Shown: piece after piece, positions 1 to 10,473 of the stretch
How the letters are laid out: every line of letters starts with the position of its first letter
Position numbering within the stretch: the stretch's first letter is position 1
Assembly (NCBI GenBank): GCA_023264495.1
Contig: JAHFMM010000001.1
Location: 1 to 55,949 of the forward strand
DNA: 55,949 nucleotides
Direction: 5' to 3'
From: a bacterium
GTDB lineage: Bacteria; Patescibacteriota; Minisyncoccia; Phycocordibacterales; Phycocordibacteraceae
The notes under the pieces: model-generated
What the model saw: only the letters and a program-made list of their open reading frames with translations
Told to the model about the DNA's origin: nothing
Databases searched by the model: none
Position numbers and translations under genes: made by a program

Positions 1-8
1 AGAATGAT

Positions 9-200
9 GTGAACGAGCTCAAAGATACTACAGGACGTATTGAAGAAACGATGCAAAAGGTCCTGACGATTGTTACAAACTTTGCTGGCAATGTTGATAC
101 GCTCCAACAAGAGAACATTATGGGTGCCGAGACACTCCGGCGGCACGATGTCCAGATTCACGAGCTAGCCGTCGCTACGGGGACGACACTCTCTGAATAG
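9..200 (+). CDS. Hypothetical coiled-coil protein, probably the 3' end of a gene starting upstream of the window
   Basis: 63-codon ORF at the window edge with helical composition; no recognisable family. Confidence 0.45.
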   Translation: MNELKDTTGRIEETMQKVLTIVTNFAGNVDTLQQENIMGAETLRRHDVQIHELAVATGTTLSE

Positions 201-261
201 TTGCGTTTCTGACAGCGTTCCTTTATATTAAGCAGTGACCCGCTCGGGTCTTCTTTTTCTA

Positions 262-669
262 ATGTCAACAATCAATCAGCTCTCCCGCAAGGGACGCAAG
301 ACACGATCGAGCAAGGACCGCACCGCGGCTCTTTCGCGCGGTTTTAATACGCTCAAGAATCGCCCAACCTTCTATGCTTCGCCCTTCAAACGCGGCGTTT
401 GCACCAAGGTGACCACCAAGACCCCCCGCAAGCCGAACTCAGCTATCCGCAAGATCGCCCGCGTTCGTCTCACCAACGGTATGGAGGTTACCGCCTACAT
501 CCCCGGCGAGACGCATAATCTCCAAGAGCACTCAGTCGTGATGCTGCGCGGCGGCCGTGTGAAGGATATCGGCGTGCAGTACACGATCGTACGCGGGAAG
601 CTTGACGCTTCAGGCCTCGAGAAGCGCCGCACCGCGCGCTCGCGTTATGGCGCCAAGCGGCCTAAATAA
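262..669 (+). CDS. rpsL: 30S ribosomal protein S12
   Basis: [36 protein letters not shown] motifs; start set at ATG 262. Confidence 0.98.
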   Translation: MSTINQLSRKGRKTRSSKDRTAALSRGFNTLKNRPTFYASPFKRGVCTKVTTKTPRKPNSAIRKIARVRLTNGMEVTAYIPGETHNLQEHSVVMLRGGRVKDIGVQYTIVRGKLDASGLEKRRTARSRYGAKRPK

Positions 670-677
670 TTTTAATC

Positions 678-1142
678 ATGAGACGACCACTTAAAAAGCA
701 GCGAACCTGGCGACCAGATCTCAAGTACGGATCGACGACGCTCACGCGTTTTATCAACGCCGTGATGTGGGATGGGAAGAAGGATACCGCACGCGCGGTT
801 GTCTATGGCGCCCTTGATAAGATCAAGACGGATGGCGCAGACCCGATTGAGACATTCGAGACAGCGCTTCGCAATGCTTCGCCGCTTATGGAGGTGCGCT
901 CGCGCCGTGTCGGCGGAGCGAACTATCAGGTTCCGCGCGAGGTACCCCAGAACCGCCGTCTTGCGCTCTCGTTCAGGTGGATTATCAATGCGGCTCGCAA
1001 TAAAAAAGGGAAGCCGATGGCCGAGAAGCTCGCCGCCGAGCTCCTTCTTGCCGCTAAGAACGAGGGTGATGCTATCAAGAAGAAGGACGATATGCACCGC
1101 ATGGCAGACTCCAACAAGGCCTTCGCCCACTTCGCGTGGTAA
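678..1142 (+). CDS. rpsG: 30S ribosomal protein S7
   Basis: EVRSRRVGGANYQVP, HRMA.SNKAFAH; str operon position. Confidence 0.98.
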   Translation: MRRPLKKQRTWRPDLKYGSTTLTRFINAVMWDGKKDTARAVVYGALDKIKTDGADPIETFETALRNASPLMEVRSRRVGGANYQVPREVPQNRRLALSFRWIINAARNKKGKPMAEKLAAELLLAAKNEGDAIKKKDDMHRMADSNKAFAHFAW

Positions 1143-1207
1143 GCTCGCAAAGCCGAGCTTGCTCCCTGCGCTCGTTCGGGAGTCGAGGGATTGCGCATTG
1201 AAAATCA

Positions 1208-1230
1208 AAACCCGCCTGTCTGGCGGGTTT
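1208..1230. terminator. Intrinsic terminator hairpin, probably bidirectional
   Basis: AAACCCGCC-TGTCT-GGCGGGTTT between rpsG and a convergent small ORF. Confidence 0.65.
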
Positions 1231-1250
1231 GTGCGTTTCTCCCTGGATAG

Positions 1251-1460
1251 TCAATTCGTTTTGTGATGGGCGCTTTCAGCCATTGCGACCGCAGTCGCAT
1301 AGCGGCGCGGCTCAAGAGCAAAAGCTCTTCGCAATATCAGCAGCGCTTCCCTGACTTTTGCGGGATCCCATCCTACAGGATCGCTTGTTTTGGTAACGAG
1401 GCCCTGATAATAATCTGCTCGTGCCAGGACATGTTCTCGAGAATCAATCTTTAGACCCAT
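1251..1460 (-). CDS. Small hypothetical protein (69 aa) between rpsG and fusA
   Basis: SD-like AAGGGGTGA before ATG; minus-strand TTGCAA-17nt-TACTAT promoter at about 1502-1530. Confidence 0.55.
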   Translation of the reverse strand: MGLKIDSREHVLARADYYQGLVTKTSDPVGWDPAKVREALLILRRAFALEPRRYATAVAMAESAHHKTN

Positions 1461-1630
1461 AGCATCACCCCTTTGTTTGTGTTGGCGGACTTCCGATAGG
1501 GATAGTACATCGTACCTGTCGACTTTGCAATTTACCTCATCTGGGCTATTCTATGAATAACGCTGTTTCCCTTCGGAAGTCCCGCTGCGGGAGGCGCTTT
1601 TTATTTTAGCTTTTATCCATTTAGGCCTTT

Positions 1631-3778
1631 ATGAACAGAGACTACCCGCTTGAGAAGGTGCGCAACTTCGGTATCATCGCCCACATCGACGCTGGCAAAA
1701 CGACGACCAGCGAGCGCGTGCTTTTCTACACCGGCTCGCAGCACAAGATCGGCGAAGTGCATGAAGGCGGGACTACGACCGACTGGATGGAGCAAGAGCG
1801 CGAGCGCGGCATCACGATCACCGCCGCCGCCATCACCTGTTTCTGGACGCGCACCAACGAGAAGGATAAGAAAGATGCGTCGAAGAAGTTTCGTTTCAAT
1901 ATCATCGACACTCCCGGGCACATCGACTTCACCGCTGAGGTGAAGCGCTCGATGCGCGTGCTCGATGGCGCGATCGTCGTCTTTGACGGTGTTGCTGGCG
2001 TCGAGCCGCAGTCTGAGACCAATTGGCGCTATGCCGACGAAGCGAGTGTCCCCCGCGTTTGTTTCATTAACAAGCTCGATCGCACCGGCGCTTCGTTTGA
2101 GAAGTCATACGCAAGCATTCTCGATCGGCTCTCACCAAAGGCGATTCGCATGCAGATCCCGATCGGGGAAGAAGCTGCTCATGAAGGCTCGATCGACCTT
2201 CTCTCGATGAAGGCATACGCCTTCAGCGGGAACATGGGCGAAGAGGTTATCGAGGGCGAGATACCGGCGAATCTCCTCGAAGACGCCAAGAAGTATCGTT
2301 CGGCTCTTGTCGAGCGCATCGTCGAGCAGGATGATGCGGCGATGAGCGCATATCTCGATGGCGTCGAGCCGAGCGTCGAAGAACTGAAGAAGCTCTTGCG
2401 CACAGCGGTCATTCATAACGAGATCTTTCCCGTTTATTGCGGGAGCGCGTTGAAGAACAAGGGCGTACAGCTCGTGCTCGATGCGGTTGTCGACTATCTC
2501 CCATCCCCGCTCGACCTCCCGCCAGCAACAGGTACGAACCCGAAGACGGGTGAGCCAGTCGAGCGGCATGCTAACGATGACGAGCCGTTCTGCGCGCTCG
2601 CTTTCAAGCTGCAGACCGATCCGTTCGTCGGTGCTCTGACCTTCTTCCGTGTCTATTCGGGTACCGTTACCGCCGGATCATACATTTACAACTCGACGAC
2701 CGGGTCTAAAGAGCGTCTTGGCCGCATCGTCCGTCTCCAAGCCGACAAGCGTGAAGAAGTCGAGAAAGTCTTCTCAGGAGAGATTGCTGCCGCAGTGGGA
2801 CTTAAGGATACCAAGACCTCGCACACGCTCTGCGATGAGGCGAACCCGATTGTTCTTGAAGAGATCAAGTTCCCTGAGCCGGTGGTATCGCTCCGCATCG
2901 AACCGAAGACGAAGGCCGATCAGGAGAAGATGGGTATCGCGCTACGCAAGCTCTCTGATGAGGACCCGACCTTCCGTGTCACGACTGACGAAGAGACGAA
3001 CGAGACGATCATCTCGGGCATGGGCGAGCTCCACCTTGAGATCCTTGTCGATCGCATGAAGCGCGAATTCGGTGTTGTCGCAGATGTTGGTAAGCCGCAA
3101 GTTGCCTATCGTGAGACCATTCTTGGCGCAGCTGACGCTGAAGGGAAGTATATTAAGCAGACCGGCGGTCGCGGACAGTACGGCCATGTGAAGATCAAGA
3201 TGAAGAAGATGGAGCCGGTTGATCCTGAAGCGAAGGTTGCGAAGAATGTTACGCGCGATGACCATTTCGAGTTTGTGAACAGCATCAAGGGCGGTGTGAT
3301 CCCGCAGGAGTTTATCTCGCCGGTTGAGAAGGGGCTTCGCGAGGCGATGGGTCGCGGTCTCCTCGCCGGCTTCCCGATGGTGGATGTGTCGGTTGATCTC
3401 TATGACGGCTCGTACCACGATGTCGACTCGTCCGAGATCGCCTTCAAGATCGCGGCATCGATGGCATTCCAAGAAGCTGCGCAGCGTGCAAAGCCCGTCA
3501 TCCTCGAGCCGATTATGCGTGTCGAGGTTGTCGTGCCTGAGCAGTTCATGGGCGACATCACCGGCTCCCTCTCGGGGAAGCGCGGGCAGATCGAGGGCAT
3601 GGAAGATCGCGGCATGAACAAAGCAGTGCATGCCAAGGTCCCGCTCTCGGAGATGTTCGGCTATACCACCACGCTCCGCTCGATGACCGAAGGCCGCGGC
3701 AATATGACGATGGAGTTCGACCACTACGACGTCGTGCCAACAAACGTCGCGACTGACATCATCGCCTCGCGGAAATAA
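1631..3778 (+). CDS. fusA: Elongation factor G
   Basis: [31 protein letters not shown]; 715 aa. Confidence 0.99.
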   Translation: MNRDYPLEKVRNFGIIAHIDAGKTTTSERVLFYTGSQHKIGEVHEGGTTTDWMEQERERGITITAAAITCFWTRTNEKDKKDASKKFRFNIIDTPGHIDFTAEVKRSMRVLDGAIVVFDGVAGVEPQSETNWRYADEASVPRVCFINKLDRTGASFEKSYASILDRLSPKAIRMQIPIGEEAAHEGSIDLLSMKAYAFSGNMGEEVIEGEIPANLLEDAKKYRSALVERIVEQDDAAMSAYLDGVEPSVEELKKLLRTAVIHNEIFPVYCGSALKNKGVQLVLDAVVDYLPSPLDLPPATGTNPKTGEPVERHANDDEPFCALAFKLQTDPFVGALTFFRVYSGTVTAGSYIYNSTTGSKERLGRIVRLQADKREEVEKVFSGEIAAAVGLKDTKTSHTLCDEANPIVLEEIKFPEPVVSLRIEPKTKADQEKMGIALRKLSDEDPTFRVTTDEETNETIISGMGELHLEILVDRMKREFGVVADVGKPQVAYRETILGAADAEGKYIKQTGGRGQYGHVKIKMKKMEPVDPEAKVAKNVTRDDHFEFVNSIKGGVIPQEFISPVEKGLREAMGRGLLAGFPMVDVSVDLYDGSYHDVDSSEIAFKIAASMAFQEAAQRAKPVILEPIMRVEVVVPEQFMGDITGSLSGKRGQIEGMEDRGMNKAVHAKVPLSEMFGYTTTLRSMTEGRGNMTMEFDHYDVVPTNVATDIIASRK

Positions 3779-3789
3779 GCCACCAGCTA

Positions 3790-3891
3790 GAATACATAGG
3801 GTAGTCCTATGTATTCGACAAGATACAACCGCCACCCCGAAGGGGCGGCGGTTGTTCTGTTCACGGAGTAGCAAGGGTAGCCCTTGCTACT
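3790..3891. repeat. Cluster of three palindromic hairpins (two REP-like, one terminator-like)
   Basis: GAATACATAGG-gtagt-CCTATGTATTC (3790-3816); ACAACCGCCACCCC-gaa-GGGGCGGCGGTTGT (about 3826-3855); AGTAGCAAGGG-tag-CCCTTGCTACT (3867-3891). Confidence 0.8.
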
Positions 3892-4055
3892 TGATTCGGC
3901 AAGTTGCAATTATTTCGGCGCTCTCGTATAGTTACCTATAACGCATCTTGGCGTCGCTCTTTGGCTTGTCTGCTTTTTGTGAGTCGGCAAGCTTTAGGGT
4001 TTGTTCCGACTCCGGTCGGAGTATTCGTGAATTATTAATTTAAACTATCCGAACT

Positions 4056-5255
4056 ATGGCAGAATTTGATCGCAGCAAGCCACACATGAACGTCGGGACC
4101 ATCGGTCACGTTGACCACGGCAAGACGACGCTCACGGCAGGTATCCTCAATGTTCTCTCGATGCTTACTGGCGAGGGCTACTCGGCTCGCGTTGAAGGCG
4201 TCGACAATATCGACAGCGCTCCTGAAGAGAAGGCGCGCGGTATCACTATCGCGCTCCACCACTCGGAGTATGAGTCACCGAATCGTCACTACGCGCACAT
4301 CGATGCGCCAGGACACGCTGACTATATTAAGAACATGATCACCGGTGCGGCGCAGATGGACGGCGCCGTCCTCGTGGTCGCAGCGACTGACGGCGTGATG
4401 CCGCAGACGCGCGAGCACATCCTTCTCGCGAAGCAGGTCGGCCTTAAGAAGCTCATCGTCTTCCTCAACAAGGTAGACATGGTTTCCGAGGCAGACCTCA
4501 TCGATCTCGTCGAAGAAGAGATCCGCGAGCTCCTTACCAAGCAGGGCTACGATGGTGTCAACACGCCAATTGTCCGCGGCTCGGGCTTGAAGGCGCTTGA
4601 AGCCAAGGACGCTTCTGACGAGTGGGCGCAGAAGGTGAAGATCCTTGTCGACACTATGGACACTTACTTCGACCTCCCAGAGCGCGAAGTGAATAAACCG
4701 TTCCTCATGCCGATCGAGGACATCTTCTCGATTGAAGGCCGTGGCACCGTCGTGACCGGCCGCATCGAGCGTGGTACCGTCAAGGTTGGCGAGGAAGTCG
4801 AGATCGTCGGTATAAAACCGACGGCCAAGACGACCGTTACCGGCATCGAGATGTTCAATAAGCAGCTCTCTGAAGGGCAGGCAGGCGATAATGCCGGCAT
4901 TCTCCTCCGCGGCACGAAGAAGGAAGATGTGCATCGCGGCCAGGTCCTCTCGAAGACGGGCGCGGTCACGCCGCACACCGACTTCGATGCAGAGGTCTAC
5001 ATCCTCGGTAAGGATGAGGGTGGCCGTCATACGCCATTCTTCTCTGGCTACAAGCCGCAGTTCTACATCCGCACAACAGACGTGACGGGTGAAGTTACTC
5101 TCCCTGATGGTAAGGAGATGGTCATGCCTGGCGATACTGTTACCTTCAAGGTGAAGCTTACCGCACCGGTTGCGCTCGAGGAGCAGCAGCGCTTCGCTAT
5201 TCGCGAAGGCGGCAAGACGGTCGGTGCCGGTGTGGTCACCAAGATCACTGCCTAA
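4056..5255 (+). CDS. tuf: Elongation factor Tu
   Basis: [47 protein letters not shown]. Confidence 0.99.
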   Translation: MAEFDRSKPHMNVGTIGHVDHGKTTLTAGILNVLSMLTGEGYSARVEGVDNIDSAPEEKARGITIALHHSEYESPNRHYAHIDAPGHADYIKNMITGAAQMDGAVLVVAATDGVMPQTREHILLAKQVGLKKLIVFLNKVDMVSEADLIDLVEEEIRELLTKQGYDGVNTPIVRGSGLKALEAKDASDEWAQKVKILVDTMDTYFDLPEREVNKPFLMPIEDIFSIEGRGTVVTGRIERGTVKVGEEVEIVGIKPTAKTTVTGIEMFNKQLSEGQAGDNAGILLRGTKKEDVHRGQVLSKTGAVTPHTDFDAEVYILGKDEGGRHTPFFSGYKPQFYIRTTDVTGEVTLPDGKEMVMPGDTVTFKVKLTAPVALEEQQRFAIREGGKTVGAGVVTKITA

Positions 5256-5275
5256 GCGCCTGATTGAAGACTCAT

Positions 5276-5650
5276 ATGGAACCAACAACGGAAGAGAAAC
5301 CGAAAACGAAGCGTGTCTCGAAGAAGGCAGTTGCTCCCATAGCGGAGCACAAGCTCCGGATCCGTGTTCGCGCCTATGAGCACAAGATTCTCGATGTCTC
5401 AGTGAAGCAGATTATGGACACCGCCGCTCGCTTTGATGCGGTCGTGGTCGGCCCCGTGCCGCTCCCGACTGAGATCAAGCGCTGGACCGTGAATCGTTCG
5501 ACCTTCGTCCACAAGGACGCGCGCGAACAGTTCGAGATGCGCATCCATAAACGCCTTATCGACATTCAAAACCCGTCGCAGAAGGTGGTCGAGGCCCTCA
5601 CGAACCTCAATCTCCCCTCCGGCGTTACGATCGACGTCAAGATGGTCTAA
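5276..5650 (+). CDS. rpsJ: 30S ribosomal protein S10 with N-terminal extension
   Basis: LRIRVRAYEH, GPVPLPT, REQFEMRIHKRLIDI. Confidence 0.97.
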   Translation: MEPTTEEKPKTKRVSKKAVAPIAEHKLRIRVRAYEHKILDVSVKQIMDTAARFDAVVVGPVPLPTEIKRWTVNRSTFVHKDAREQFEMRIHKRLIDIQNPSQKVVEALTNLNLPSGVTIDVKMV

Positions 5651-5656
5651 AGAAAC

Positions 5657-5691
5657 AAAACAACCGCCGCCCTTCGGGCGGCGGTTGTTTT
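5657..5691 (+). terminator. Intrinsic terminator after rpsJ
   Basis: AAAACAACCGCCGCCC-ttc-GGGCGGCGGTTGTTTT. Confidence 0.8.
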
Positions 5692-5707
5692 GTGCTATAA
5701 TCTGCAT

Positions 5708-5896
5708 ATGACCACGACGCAGATGAAGAGAATTGAAAAACTTGCAGAAGCAAGCAGACGATACGCTAAAAAGTCGCTCGAAAAGAGCCGCGAGCTCGAA
5801 ATATATCTCAGCATCCTCGACTACAAAGCCGGTCGAGTGAAGGAATATTCGTCTGTGGACGCGATGTTTCGCGCCGCAAAACGCCTCCACATGTAG
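5708..5896 (+). CDS. Putative antitoxin of a RelE/YafQ-type TA pair
   Basis: Small ORF ending DYKAGRVKEYSSVDAMF directly upstream of the toxin; TGcTATAAT 6 nt before ATG. Confidence 0.75.
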   Translation: MTTTQMKRIEKLAEASRRYAKKSLEKSRELEIYLSILDYKAGRVKEYSSVDAMFRAAKRLHM

Positions 5897-6159
5897 TGAT
5901 GAAACGGAACGTCCCGACTCAAAGTTTTCTCAGAAGTCTCGCGCTCTTTTTGCATCGTCACCCTGATCTTGAGGAAAAAACACACGTACTGATAGAGCGT
6001 CTCGTCACTGGCAGTTCAGAAGTGCGAATACATCCGCTTCACGGTCCGCTTAAAGGATTTTATTCGGCGCGCATCTCGCAATCTTATCGTCTCGTCTTCG
6101 CGCTCGAGCCGGACGCCGTCATCTTCATCGACATCGGCTCCCACGATGAGGTGTACTAA
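5896..6159 (+). CDS. RelE/YafQ-family mRNA interferase toxin
   Basis: HPLHGPLKGFYSARISQSYRLVF...FIDIGSHDEVY signature. Confidence 0.88.
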   Translation: MMKRNVPTQSFLRSLALFLHRHPDLEEKTHVLIERLVTGSSEVRIHPLHGPLKGFYSARISQSYRLVFALEPDAVIFIDIGSHDEVY

Positions 6160-6288
6160 AAACTAGGACATCGGATGTCCTAGTTTGCATCATTTTGGCC
6201 AAAGCCTGGCATTGGCCATTGGCCACAACCGCCCTGGCGGGCGGTTGTGTGGTTCTTGTTTCGCATGTTAGTATGAAGGTATCCTTCT

Positions 6289-6426
6289 GGGTCGGACGTG
6301 TGGTTCAGGCGCCCCTTGGTCAAAAGCCAGTCGACAGGTCTAGACCAAGTTAGAACCATATTTTCGGCCCCGAGGGACTTCGGCCATAATGGTCAAGCCC
6401 TTTCGCAATCTCGCTTCGGCGGGATT
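6289..6426 (+). ncRNA. Candidate structured non-coding RNA of unknown family
   Basis: Long stem 6289-6306 pairing with 6353-6370, inner CTTGGTC/GACCAAG helix, second hairpin 6373-6401, TTCG-capped hairpin 6407-6426 followed by a T-rich run. Confidence 0.35.
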
Positions 6427-6550
6427 TCCTATTTTCTTGCATATTTCCGCATGCTCGTGTAGAGTACTGGAATCGCTATGTCCCGAGTGTAATCACGAGG
6501 GACCTCCAGCAAATCGCGCCACGCGATTGCTGTGGCGCGATTTGCTTTAC

Positions 6551-7165
6551 ATGAAATTCATTCTCGCGAAGAAAGAAGGCATGACCCGCTTGTTCGGGGA
6601 GGATGGTCGCGCCCGCGCAGGGACTATCCTCGTTGCCGGCCCGATGACCGTTACGCAAGTCAAGACCACTGAAACGAAAAGCGGCTACAATGCGGTGCAG
6701 GTCGGTATGGGTACGCGCAAGACGAAGAACATCAGTAAGGCCGTCCTTGGACACACGGGAGGCAAAGCCTATGAAGCAATTCGCGAGTTCCGAGACGCGA
6801 CCGGTGCCGAGGTCGGCGGGACGATTGATCTCTCGACATTTGCGGTTGGCGACACCGTGCAGGTCTCGGGCCTCTCAAAGGGTAAAGGCTTCTCGGGTGT
6901 GGTGAAGCGTCACGGCTTCCACGGCGGCCCGCGCTCGCACGGTCAGAAGCACACTGAACGCTCGCCGGGATCGATCGGCGGTTCTGGTGGCCGCGCCGGC
7001 GGGCGCGTGGTGAAGGGCAAGAAGATGGCAGGCCGCATGGGTACTGATCGCATCACCGTCACCAATCTCAAAGTCCTCGCGGTCGATGCGAAGGAAGGGA
7101 AGATCATCATCTCAGGTGCTGTTCCGGGCCGCCGAGGCACGCTCCTTGAGGTCATCGCAAAGTAA
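6551..7165 (+). CDS. rplC: 50S ribosomal protein L3
   Basis: K.GMT, GYNAVQVG, SKGKGFSGVVKRH, KGKKMAGRMG; start ATG 6551. Confidence 0.98.
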   Translation: MKFILAKKEGMTRLFGEDGRARAGTILVAGPMTVTQVKTTETKSGYNAVQVGMGTRKTKNISKAVLGHTGGKAYEAIREFRDATGAEVGGTIDLSTFAVGDTVQVSGLSKGKGFSGVVKRHGFHGGPRSHGQKHTERSPGSIGGSGGRAGGRVVKGKKMAGRMGTDRITVTNLKVLAVDAKEGKIIISGAVPGRRGTLLEVIAK

Positions 7166-7176
7166 TTTTGAATACT

Positions 7177-7905
7177 ATGACCACCACTACTGAAACGAAG
7201 AAGGCCTCTCGACAAAGCTCGAGGCAAGCCGCATCGCTCGAGATGCCGGTGTATTCGATGGACGGCAAGCAGGTCTCGACCACGACGCTTCCCGAGACCG
7301 TCTTTGGCCTCCCATGGCGCGCAGACCTCGTACATCAGGTGACGACTGCGATGCAGGCGAACCTCCGCCAGAACCGTGCGCACACCAAGGACCGTTCTGA
7401 AGTGTCGGGCGGCGGCAAGAAGCCGTGGAAGCAGAAAGGCACTGGCCAGGCGCGCCATAGCTCGACACGCTCACCGATCTGGCGGCACGGCGGGATAACC
7501 TTCGGTCCGAGGAATGATCGCGACTACAGCGAGAAGATCAACAAGAAAATGCGTGTCGGCGCGCTCCTCTCGGTCCTCTCGAAGAAGGCGAAGGACGGAG
7601 AGATAATCCTCATCGACAAGCTTTCTTTCACTGAGCCGAAGTCGGCTATTGCGAAGTCGGCACTCTCGAAGCTGGCTGCCGGGGCTGATGCCGCAACGCT
7701 CGTTTCGAAGAAGAAAAATGCGGCGCTTTTCGCGCTCGCAACGTACGATGCGAATGCGATCAAGAGCTTCAGCAACTTTGGCAACGTGACGACCGAGGAG
7801 GTGCGCAACCTGAACCCGCTCAATGTGATGACACACAAGTATCTCATCATCGAAAAGCCGGAGGAGACGTTTGCGGCACTCATGGCCCGTGCCGCGACTA
7901 AATAA
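7177..7905 (+). CDS. rplD: 50S ribosomal protein L4
   Basis: TKDRSEVSGGGKKPWKQKGTGQAR, WRHGGITFGP. Confidence 0.98.
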   Translation: MTTTTETKKASRQSSRQAASLEMPVYSMDGKQVSTTTLPETVFGLPWRADLVHQVTTAMQANLRQNRAHTKDRSEVSGGGKKPWKQKGTGQARHSSTRSPIWRHGGITFGPRNDRDYSEKINKKMRVGALLSVLSKKAKDGEIILIDKLSFTEPKSAIAKSALSKLAAGADAATLVSKKKNAALFALATYDANAIKSFSNFGNVTTEEVRNLNPLNVMTHKYLIIEKPEETFAALMARAATK

Positions 7906-7911
7906 ATCACT

Positions 7912-8277
7912 ATGGCACTCTTTAGCAATAAAAAGAAAGGAAAGAAAGAAGGAGCGACCGTGAAGCGGGTTGCACGTGCGGTGGCAACTGCAAACGGCGG
8001 CGCACATGACATCATTCGCGCCCCGTGGTTCTCTGAGAAGGCGCTCATCGCGACCGACAAGGGCGTGTACGCGTTTGCCGTGGCACCGCGCGCGACCAAG
8101 GCGGAGATCGCCGGAGCGATCAAGGAGATCTATCAGGTCACACCGCGTGCCGTGAACATCGTGAATCTCCCCGCGAAGACAAAAGCGATGCGCACGCGCC
8201 GCGGTGTCGGCACGCGTGCCGCACGGGCCAAGGCATATGTCTATCTGAACGCAGGTGATACCATCAAATTTGCATAA
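7912..8277 (+). CDS. rplW: 50S ribosomal protein L23
   Basis: SEKA, YAFAV, ATKAEIA.AI, KAYVYL; operon position. Confidence 0.95.
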   Translation: MALFSNKKKGKKEGATVKRVARAVATANGGAHDIIRAPWFSEKALIATDKGVYAFAVAPRATKAEIAGAIKEIYQVTPRAVNIVNLPAKTKAMRTRRGVGTRAARAKAYVYLNAGDTIKFA

Positions 8278-8279
8278 CC

Positions 8280-9128
8280 ATGAAAACGTACCGACCCACC
8301 ACTGATAGTCGTCGCTCAATGACAACCTTGCCTTATAAGGAGCTTTTGTCAGGCGACGAGCCGCACAAGCCACTCCTTGGCATCAAGAGTCGTCGCGGAG
8401 GGCGAAATAATGCTGGGCGCATCACCATGCGTCATCAAGGCGGTGGCCACAAGCGCCGATTGCGCGATGTCGACTTCTCATACAGTAAAAAGAATATCCC
8501 CGCAATCATCGAGACAGTCGAGTATGATCCGTTCCGCTCAGCATTCATCGGTCTTGCGCTCTATAAGGACGGCGAACGCCGCTATGTCGTCCTCCCGAAG
8601 GAAGTGAAGGTGGGGAGTACCTTTATCGTCTCAGAAGATGCTCCGCTCACCGCAGGCAATCGTCTCCCTCTCGGGAAGATACCGGTCGGCACCGCGGTCT
8701 ATAATATCGAGATCGCTCCAGGCACCGGCGCAAGTCTTGTGCGATCGGCAGGTACGTATGCTGAGGTTGTTGCGCATGACGCGGGCTATGCGCAGATCAA
8801 GCTCCCTTCGACTGAAGTCCGAAAAGTCTCTGACCTCGCATGGGCCTCGATCGGCACAGTCGGCAATGAAGAGTACAATCTCGTCGTTATCGGCAAGGCA
8901 GGCCGCAGCCGCTGGCTCGGCATCCGCCCGACTGTGCGCGGTACGGCGATGAACCCGGTTGACCATCCGCACGGCGGCGGCGAAGGGCGTCAGGGCCGCG
9001 GTCTGCGCCGCGCGAAGAGCAAGTGGGGCAAGCCGACCGGCAAGGGGCAGAAGACCCGCACACCGAAGAAGTACTCAAACGTCTTTATCGTTTCGCGCCG
9101 CAAGGTCGGCAAGAAGCGGAAAGGCTAA
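8280..9128 (+). CDS. rplB: 50S ribosomal protein L2
   Basis: [39 protein letters not shown]. Confidence 0.99.
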   Translation: MKTYRPTTDSRRSMTTLPYKELLSGDEPHKPLLGIKSRRGGRNNAGRITMRHQGGGHKRRLRDVDFSYSKKNIPAIIETVEYDPFRSAFIGLALYKDGERRYVVLPKEVKVGSTFIVSEDAPLTAGNRLPLGKIPVGTAVYNIEIAPGTGASLVRSAGTYAEVVAHDAGYAQIKLPSTEVRKVSDLAWASIGTVGNEEYNLVVIGKAGRSRWLGIRPTVRGTAMNPVDHPHGGGEGRQGRGLRRAKSKWGKPTGKGQKTRTPKKYSNVFIVSRRKVGKKRKG

Positions 9129-9134
9129 TCTTAA

Positions 9135-9185
9135 TGTTAAATGCACACCCCCGCGGCCGAGAGGCCGCGGGCTTTGCATTTAACA
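9135..9185 (+). terminator. Long hairpin after rplB (terminator-like)
   Basis: TGTTAAATGCA...CCCGCGGCC-gaga-GGCCGCGGG...TGCATTTAACA. Confidence 0.55.
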
Positions 9186-9280
9186 GTTTGTGTGATTATA
9201 TGCGCGAGGGAAGCAGTACATCCTATCGCAGCAAATCAATCAACCTGCCGCATCTGCGGCTCAACAAGAGGAGAAACATC

Positions 9281-10414
9281 ATGAGCACACCCGCTCGGCA
9301 GTACCCGAAGTTATTGGCGAATATTGCCGCTATCAACGCTATTTACAGCGTGCCGCCACAGGTCTTTGCAGTTGGCGATCAGGAAAACAGATCAGGGGAA
9401 AGTAAAGGATCGCTCGCAATCCTCGGATTCGCAAGAGCGAACGGGTTGTCGAACATTTTTGAAATCCTGCCGATGTTCGGCGAAGCATACGATGAGGTTC
9501 TCGCTGATCCAAATGGTACCAGTCATGCCAACATCCGTGCGCTCACGAAACATGGTATGGATGGGGTGGTGCTTGAACAAGGAGTCGAACTCCGTCCCGA
9601 GCTCAAGCTCATCCGCGATGCATTCCCGCACCGGGCTGAATTCAAGCCAGACAGTCATCCGAAAGATGTACGCGAAGCGGTCGAATTTGTCATCAGCGAA
9701 CTCGATTGCGGGCGTATGCGCGTTGCCATGAAGCTCGGTTATCGTTGGTGGACGAATCAGGCGGTGAAAGAAGCGATACTTCTATCGTTCAGGCTCAGGG
9801 ATAATCGCGTGATGAATGGCGGTGACATGCAGTATTTCGACAAGGTGGAGCCGAAATTCTCTGGCGCATTGCCAGCGGATTATTTCACGAATGCCGGCAT
9901 ACGTGTCGTGCCTCCCGCAGTTGCGCGCAAGGGTGCCTACATCGCTAAGAATGTGGTGCTGATGCCCTCCTATGTGAATATCGGCGCGTATGTAGACGAA
10001 GGCACGATGGTGGACACTTGGGCTACCGTCGGCTCCTGCGCACAGATCGGCAAGAACGTGCATTTGAGCGGCGGTGTCGGTATCGGCGGCGTGATCGAGC
10101 CCGTGCAGGCCAACCCGACTATCATCGAGGACAACTGTTTTATCGGCGCGCGCTCAGAGATTGTCGAGGGCGTGATCGTAGAAGAGGGCTCGGTGATCTC
10201 GATGGGCGTATTCATCGGCCAGAGCACCAAAATCCTCGATCGCGAGACCGGTGAAATAAGTTATGGCCGCATACCGGCAGGCTCGGTGGTGGTCAGCGGC
10301 AATTTGCCCGCCAAGGACGGCAGTCACAGCCTGTACTGCGCCGTAATCGTGAAGAAGGTGGATGCCCAGACACGCGGCAAAGTCGGTATCAACGAGTTGC
10401 TGCGGGGGATCTGA
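9281..10414 (+). CDS. dapD: Tetrahydrodipicolinate N-succinyltransferase with an N-terminal HopJ-like domain
   Basis: C-terminal ~270 aa are proteobacterial-type DapD ([60 protein letters not shown]); N-terminal ~100 aa resemble the HopJ family; AGGAG SD before ATG 9281. Confidence 0.9.
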   Translation: MSTPARQYPKLLANIAAINAIYSVPPQVFAVGDQENRSGESKGSLAILGFARANGLSNIFEILPMFGEAYDEVLADPNGTSHANIRALTKHGMDGVVLEQGVELRPELKLIRDAFPHRAEFKPDSHPKDVREAVEFVISELDCGRMRVAMKLGYRWWTNQAVKEAILLSFRLRDNRVMNGGDMQYFDKVEPKFSGALPADYFTNAGIRVVPPAVARKGAYIAKNVVLMPSYVNIGAYVDEGTMVDTWATVGSCAQIGKNVHLSGGVGIGGVIEPVQANPTIIEDNCFIGARSEIVEGVIVEEGSVISMGVFIGQSTKILDRETGEISYGRIPAGSVVVSGNLPAKDGSHSLYCAVIVKKVDAQTRGKVGINELLRGI

Positions 10415-10473
10415 ACGACAACGTTCTTCGTGCGACATTGTGGCCTAGGGGGAACCCTGGGCCATCGTTTTAT

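Noticed and set aside
2942..8373. Long antisense ORFs over fusA, tuf and rplD/W (310, 337, 300 aa) and similar ones elsewhere
   Set aside because: Shadows of GC-biased codon use in conserved genes; no recognisable motifs.
9023..9280. Extra 86-aa N-terminus on DapD overlapping rplB
   Set aside because: Overlaps rplB and a terminator-like hairpin; a clear SD supports ATG 9281.
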